In this document: positions 57,556 through 64,000 of the stretch, piece by piece
Layout: every line of letters begins with the position of its first letter
Numbering within the stretch: the first letter of the stretch is position 1
Assembly (NCBI GenBank): GCA_020536535.1
Contig: JAHLWZ010000807.1
Location: 64,001 to 128,000 of the forward strand
DNA length: 64,000 nucleotides
Origin: Pelomyxa schiedti
Taxonomy: Eukaryota > Protista > Evosea
Direction: 5' to 3'
Translations under genes and position numbers: made by a program
The notes under the pieces: model-generated
Told to the model about the DNA's origin: nothing
What the model saw: only the letters and a program-made list of their open reading frames with translations
Database searches by the model: none

Positions 57556-60500
57556 GTGCTAAGTTCCCATGCCGCAGAAATTACCACATTTCCCAAATCA
57601 CAATTCCGTGTACTGTTTTCCAAACAAAACAACGCAACAACAAAAACCCCAAACGAGCCTCCAGGGCAAATGTCATCATCCTCGTCACCCTCTTCCTCGT
57701 CGTCATCGTCCTCACAAGAACACCATCATCACACACGGCATACTGGTAAACACAGAAACCACGAGCACCACAGCCGTCACGATCACAAACACAACGAAAT
57801 AGCACCAGAGAACAACCGGGAGAACTCTTCTTCTAGAAGCAGGCACGAAAAGGACGAAGAGCAGGGGAGTAAAACCACCACAGACATCATGATTGCTGAC
57901 GAACAGAGCGCTAAATCTGCTGACGGGAATGAGACTGAGAACCCATCTCAGTCTTCAGTCTCTGTGGAGGGGACTGAAAAGCTGCCGTGGAGTATGAGAC
58001 TGAAGAAGTTTTTCTATGGGGTTTTCAGAGAGGCCCTGTTGGCAAAGCTTCTGGCTGCCCTGCTTGCCAAATTGGGCAGATTCAATTCCAGGCACCCTTT
58101 TTTGGTGATTGGAATAGGTTCCACTATCGCTATAGGGCTTGCCTTTGGATTATTTGCCGCTGAGGTAGAAAGCAGGCCTGTGGCTCTATGGGTTCCGGCT
58201 CACATCAGGAGCAATGAGGAAAGAAAGTTCTATGATAAAACATTCAGCCCATTTTTCCGCATTGAGCAGATTATTACTACTGCCCCTGCGGAGGGTGATA
58301 ATGCCCTAGAGACGGACACACTACTGGAAATGCTCGAGCTAGAAAACCTCGTTTATAATATAAGTGTAATGCACCAGGGCAGAAGTTACACACTGAATGA
58401 CATATGCTATCGGCCTACTTCTTTTGCCCCATGTGTGGCCCAGACAGTGCTGGACTATTGGTATGATAAGCCAACACAGAAGCACAGTGCTCAGAAAATT
58501 GAAGATGATACCGACCTGTTTTACACCGTGGCCCACGCTGCAAAGACTCCGCTTGGGAACCCAATAATGAGAGACAATGTTGTGTCACCGATTCTTAATG
58601 ATATCAACCCCACATTAAAACCTTGCTTTCTGACAACTTACCTGGTGCGGAACACTGATGAGCTAAGGGGGGCAGCGGAAACCTGGGAGAGGGAGTGGCT
58701 GAAAGTGTTGGAAGCGAAACAACCACTACTGAACCGATCAAGCATCTGGTATGCCGCAGAGGTGCGAATATCCCCACTTTATCATCCAAATATCCCATAG
58801 AAATATAAAGAAATTGATTCCCAAATAACGGAGTAAATCACTGAGTTCATGGAGAAAAGGTTTCAATTCAAGACGAACTGAAAAAAGAGATCTCTGCCGA
58901 TTCATATGTCATTGCATCTAGCTATATAATTATGTTTATTTACGTTGGGATCACGCTTGGCAAATTGAATCCAGTTCACTCCAAATTCATAATTGGATTT
59001 GCAGGAGTCTTTATAATCGTTATAGCAATTGTTTCAGCGTTTGGTTTTTCGTCTCTCATCAGCATACCTTTTTCTCCAATAAGGTTTGAATGAACTTTCA
59101 TCGTAATGTTTGTTTGACCTGTTAATGCAGTGCCCAAGTTGTACCTTTTCTTGTACTAGCTACAGGAATTGATGACATGTTCATAATTGTGAATGGCTAT
59201 CATGAACTGGAGGAAAATGAGCGGGCTGCAGAAGAAGGTACTATTTAGCATAATTAATATTTGAAATTAATTGCCTTTCAAGGGGAGAATGAAAGTGAAG
59301 AGGAAAAAGCCGAAAGGGCGAGAAAAGAAAGGAAACGACTCAAATCAATGTCCTCAAAAGAGTTGTGGGCAGTTGTGGAAGAGAAAATGGGAAGAACTCT
59401 TGCCCATATTGGTCCCAGCCTCACATTATCACAAGGCTCCAATTTTATTGGAATGATGGTTGGCAGGTTTGTAAATATCCAAAACCTTCAATGATAACAA
59501 GGCTAGTGTTACAGGAATGCCCGCCATGAATATGTTTTGCTGGCAAGCTGGCTTTGCCGTCATTATGGTACTATTTCTTGAGTTGACTGTATTCTGTAGT
59601 TTTGTAGCTCTGGACGCTTTCAGAGAGTTGGTTGATACCCTTTATCCTCTATCCTTCATGACAGTATTCAGTCTTACCGTGTGGACCTTTTGTGCTGCAT
59701 CAAACTTGACCCTGAAAAATATGAAAGCAAGAGTGTGGCTTGTGATTGCAAGTGCAAAAAATGGCTGCAAATGGGAATAGTTCGCAAGTTTATCTCGGAC
59801 TACTTGACACCTTTTATCCTTCATAAATATTTCCGCTGGGGAGTTGTAAGTAAACCTCGTTCCTCGTAGTTTTGGCCTTTGAACCTTTTTATCAGATTGG
59901 AGTCTTTTTAGCTTTATTTGGTGTAAGCATCTGGGGTACTACGACAGCTGAAATGGGCCTTGGCGTGAACGACGTCATGCCTAGGGGCTCCTATGTTGTC
60001 CCTTTCAATGACCATCGTGAGGATTACTTTGGACACCTCGGTTGATATTCCGAGTATTGGCATTTTGTGACCGTTTCTAGGTCCCCCTGTGTATCTTGTT
60101 TTTGGAGAGCATGCCTACGAAACAAACGAAATTCAAGATGAAATAACTTCCTTGGAGGATAGTCTTGCTGCCAGTGAATATACGCAAGATAAAATACTTT
60201 CTTGGTTAGATGACTACATGTATGTAATGCTAACTTGTTACCTTGAATAATGTGCATCAAGAGTCTGGTGCGTATCCATGCACGGGAAAAACATGACTAT
60301 TGACCCCATTAACCCCACTAAACGGCGTATACCTCCTGCCGATTTTCTGCCTTGGCTTCATGACTTTCTCAGTGATAATGTGACCACAATGTCGCCCCTT
60401 GGTCTTAATATCCTTCTTTCTCCTTCATATCTTAGTAACAGTTAAAATAGGTCCTTCTCATAAAGAGGATATTACATTCGACCCAGTAACTGGGAATATT

Positions 60501-61482
60501 ACTGCCAGTAGGGTTTTTGGTTACTACATTGGTCTAACAAGTTCCCAAAGTAATCTCCAGGTTGTAATTCTCTTTACCAAAATCACTACAGTGTATGTCG
60601 ATGCGATGAATGAAGTTAGGGATAGAACGGATCCATCTCCTCTTCACCCTGATAAAGTTGGGAAGCCCCTATTTCCGTATTCTGTTTACTATGTATTCTT
60701 TGAGCAGTACAACATTCTGTGGTTTGAACTACTTCAAAATTTCTTGATTACCCTTGGTGTGACTGCTGGTTGATCCCCTTCGCCATTTAGTCATCGTAAT
60801 TACAGTTATCATTTTTGTTGTTTGCCTTCTTCTACTTGGCTCATGGATTGGAACTACCATTGTCATAGTTTTGCTTATTCTCGAACAGGTTGATATTCTA
60901 GGTCTAGGTGAGCTACCAAATCTTTACACCCTGAACCTAACTGTGATATTTTCCAGCCACTTTATGGGGAATAAATATGAATCCCGTAGTTGTGTGCAAT
61001 ATGGTATGCGGAAAGTCAACTCAAATTAATAAAAAGGCTAATCCTAAAAAATCCAGTGCATGGTCACAGGTATATGTGTGGAATTTACCCCACACATTGT
61101 ATGGGCAGCCGGAACCCGAGAACTGAAAGGCAAATCCGCCAAAGAGAAGACCAGATATGCACTCAGGGAAATGGGTCCCAATGTCACACAAGGAGCCTTT
61201 TCCACACTGCTTGGAATCATTGTTCTGAGCTTTGCTAAATACGAACTGTTCCGGTATGAATACTCTACCAATAATTCTTTTCACTGACAATATTTTTACT
61301 TCAGAACACTCTTTTTCCGCTTGTACCTTCTGTCTCTCGGAATTGCTTTTCTTCACGCCGTCGTTTTACTGCCAGTTGTAATGTCTATATTCTTACGGTC
61401 TCCAAAGACCTGGTGCAAAAGTGGTTCTGAAAAAAATGATGCAGTTATGGTAGAACTGGAGACCAAACCCTCTTCACAATGA
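57556..61482 (+). CDS. Patched/NPC1-like sterol-sensing-domain (SSD) RND-superfamily membrane transporter, more than 10 exons, His-rich N-terminus
   Basis: Exon 1 (57556..58800): His-rich low complexity, then …FFYGVFREALLAKL…GRFNSRHPFLVIGIGSTIAIGLAFGLFAAEVESRPVALWVPAHIRSNEERKFYDKTFSPFFRIEQIITTAP…. SSD exons: FIIGFAGVFIIVIAIVSAFGFSSLISIPFSPI; VPKLYLFLYLATGIDDMFIIVNGYHELEENERAAEE; MPAMNMFCWQAGFAVIMVLFLELTVFCSFVALDAFRE. Second half: …IGTTIVIVLLILEQVDILGLGELPNL…; VEFTPHIVWAAGTRELKGKSAKEKTRYALREMGPNVTQGAFSTLLGIIVLSFAKYELFRYEY; …LLPVVMSIFLRSPKTWCKSGSEKNDAVMVELETKP…*. The start could be the Met near 57670 instead. Confidence 0.8.
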
Positions 61483-61564
61483 CACAAAAACCAAGAAGTA
61501 ATAGTAACAATAAAAAAAGTTTTGTGTAATACTTTGGATTGAAATGCAAGGAGGTTTTAAAAGG

Positions 61565-63998
61565 TTAAGGGTTACTACTTCCAGTTTTACAGACGAGAGC
61601 AAGAACTTCCGCAACAGTTTCCATTATGCTGCTGTTTTTTATTGCTGTTGGGAATTGTTCAAGGAGTGCAGCCAGAACATCAGAACCCTCTTTGACCAAC
61701 AAAGGGTGTTCACTTCGGGCAAGGAACAGTGCACTGTCAATTGCACCACCTCCCACATTGACAAGGTTGTCAATAAGTTCGGCGTGGACTGTTCCTGGTT
61801 GCATTAGAACGCCCAGAATCTTCACCATAATGCGGCAGGATTCGAACTGAACCCTGATGTCACGTGGCTTTTTGCTTGTTGCGGGGGTGCTGGTTGTGGA
61901 TTCCGCTCTAGGTGAAGATGTAGAGGAAGATGTGGTTGTGGATGTGGATGTAGTTGTGGATGTAGCTGTTGTTGCCTCGTCTTCTGGTTTGTTGTCTTCC
62001 TGTTCCGGCTCTACAATACCACGCTCGCCTCTGGTAAGAGTTGTGAGGGACTGTAGAAATGCAGCTTGACACAACTCCAGAGATACTACTAAGCTAATGG
62101 AGGGATCAGACAGCAGCATACGTAGAACTCCGATGGCGTTAAAAAGAACAACGGGGTTTGATCCTTGCTCCACAACAGCACATATAGCCGGAACTATGTT
62201 CTTGTTTGCAGTTGACGAGTCGGTGGTGGGTGGGCACAAAGTTGTGCGGCATGCTGGCACGGTTAAGATATTGTGGACTATATGCAAGACACGAAGTTGA
62301 AGAGGCTGGTTGGTTACATGATTGAGCAAAATATCAATAATTGCTTCCCAAGCTCGGCCTTGTATTATTTTTGTGCAATATGTATTATCTTCACAAGCCG
62401 AGAGGGCGTGAAGAACAGTCGCACAGTGCGTAGGAATTTCGCGGTCAGCTACATGTAACGCATCACATAGTAACTGCCCCACCTCCTCAAGCCTTGAGGC
62501 GAATTGCGCACAGACAACGGAGTTCTCTACAGCAGTTGTATAGGCCTTAAATAGTGCGGCATCCATCCTTGTTGCACGGGGGGGAAGTGGTGCTCTGCCG
62601 GCTTTAGGTGGAGGGGGTGGAGGGAAGCTCCACTGGCGCTTCGCCATAGCACCACCTATTAGTGCTTGGGAATGCACTAATGCTGCACCAACACCACCAG
62701 CAAATGCACTTCGCAACAGCCTATCATCAGCGATTTTTGCTAGAAGCTCAGCTGCCAAAACAAACGGTGACATCTCGTCATCGAAAGGTAGCCATGTGCA
62801 TGGCTCACCATCATCGTTTTCACCTGCTGGTTGTTCTCCTTCATCTATCGCACGTGTTGAAACATCTGGTGAAGTATAGACAACTTCACTGAGTAACTCG
62901 ATACCACCTGCCTCTTTGAGTGCCACCCGTGCATCATGAGAGGTGCATAACTGTGTGAGTAATTCCATTACTTCTTTTCGAGCATCAATGGTGGACTTGG
63001 AGGCCGGGGAGAGAGATTTCAGTAACGGCGGAATAGCCCCAAGTTGAATAGTTTGAGAGGAACAGTCAGTGTGGTCAGCCAGATTGAACAGTGCGTGAGC
63101 TGCCATAGCCGAGACGGTTAGGTCGTCAGAACTTAATAGATGTATGAGAGCTGGGATGACTCCACATGTTGCTGTGATGAGTAAGAAGTTGTGATAAAAT
63201 GGGTTTGACAAACCAAGGGCAGATTGTAGTGTACTAGAAGTGGACCCCATGTTAGCTACACAACACGCAACTGTACGCTGCAATTGCCTATCTTCCACCA
63301 AAAGTAACTCAGGAAGCCAAAAGTAGAGTGTTGGAGGAGCATTTGGGCTCGCTTGTGCCACGGTACTTGTGAAAGTTACAGTTGGAATAGGCGACTCCCC
63401 GAATATAGCACTTGCGCCATGGAGGATTTGTTGCCGGTTATCTTCATTGTCAAAGCACAAGTTGGTTAGGCCACGAGCCACTTGTAACTGTGCAGCTCTC
63501 ACCACAGTGAGGTCCTGTGGGTGCAGTCGATGATATTCCATTACTCTCACCAACAATTTAGCAAGTTTGATCATAGCTCCGTGCTTTCCCAGAGGGTCTC
63601 TAGGTCCATCTTGTCTGTTAAAAAAAACCCTATTAAAAAAGGACCTCCGGAACTCAGCACAACAACGTCATAGGATACTTCTTTACACCATGATAATAAT
63701 ATAATAATTTTAATTAATAATGAAAAAGGGAAAAAAACAACCTACAAATGTCAGCAACAAGTTTGGCGGCCATCTTGGGCGCCTCGAACAAGGGACCGTC
63801 CAGAGCGCCGAGGATTTCATCGCAATTATGGGCCAGCTCGTCACGCGCCAGCGCCGCATCACATTCTTCGTCACACGCAGCCGCTATAAGCGACGCCAAT
63901 TGTTCCAATCGCGAGAACGTCGGAGTACAAGCTGCAGCCGACGACATAACGAAGGTCGCGTCGAGATACCTTTCGTAGAAACGCAAAAAAAAAAACAA
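61565..63998 (-). CDS. Armadillo (ARM)-repeat protein, 2 or more exons. The N-terminal exon reaches about 63950 and may continue past the window end.
   Basis: A 669-codon exon 61565..63574 with repeated ARM-like units (…LGAIPPLLKSLSPAS…, …ALKEAGGIELLSEVV…, …ATCGVIPALIHLLSSDD…, GSNPVVLFNAIGVLRMLLSDPS…). Upstream exon: …DRQDGPRDPLGKHGAMIKLAKLL…. A further exon 63714..63998 begins MSSAAACTPTFSRLEQLASLIAAACDEE…. Confidence 0.7.
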
Positions 63999-64000
63999 AA

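Noticed and set aside
57569-57805. Short overlapping ORFs on both strands in the His-rich N-terminal region of the Patched-like gene
   Set aside because: They are embedded in and out of frame with the 414-codon exon 57556..58800, and are a by-product of low-complexity sequence.
61830-61862. tRNA-like T-arm string (minus strand reads …agggttcagttcgaatcctg…)
   Set aside because: It lies inside the continuous 669-codon ARM-repeat exon. It has an insertion relative to the GGTTCGAATCC consensus. No acceptor, D or anticodon stems can be built around it.

Overview
This window is nuclear DNA from an intron-rich microbial eukaryote, not a prokaryotic locus. Spliceosomal introns are everywhere: mostly GT-AG, very short (about 28-100 nt), and at least one GC-AG intron. 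Genes are densely packed on both strands with short divergent and convergent intergenic spacers. There are no CRISPR arrays, rRNA operons or obvious transposons.

Genes recognised from conserved motifs:
- a giant AAA+ ATPase, partial, running off the window start
- a CBM20-like protein with a WG/GW-rich tail
- SUMO-activating enzyme subunit 2 (UBA2)
- a secreted parallel beta-helix protein
- a plant-type LRR receptor-like protein with a signal peptide, an LRRNT_2 N-terminal cap (W..PC.W.GVTC) and PS-LRRs
- a WD40 gene with a Ser/Pro-rich tail
- an LRR + TKL protein kinase
- an unusual RCC1-Sec7-PH ARF-GEF
- a WASH1 homologue
- actin, with two exons
- a GH20 beta-hexosaminidase carrying a C-terminal transmembrane anchor
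- a Spinster-like MFS transporter
- a DUSP phosphatase fused to a UBA domain
- a second protein kinase with a Pro-rich N-terminus
- a CDA-fold zinc deaminase
- a GH16-like secreted hydrolase
- an SRSF7/RSZ-type SR splicing factor (RRM + CCHC knuckle + RS/RD domain)
- a Patched/NPC1-like sterol-sensing-domain transporter
- an armadillo-repeat protein.

Base composition is heterogeneous. Several 0.3-0.7 kb islands reach about 65-75% GC in a background of about 43%, and they coincide with Pro/Ala/Arg-rich low-complexity coding.

All exon and intron coordinates were worked out by eye and are approximate unless stated. WASH, plant-type LRR/LRRNT, TKL kinases and very short introns together suggest an amoebozoan- or SAR-like protist, but that assignment is a low-confidence inference.
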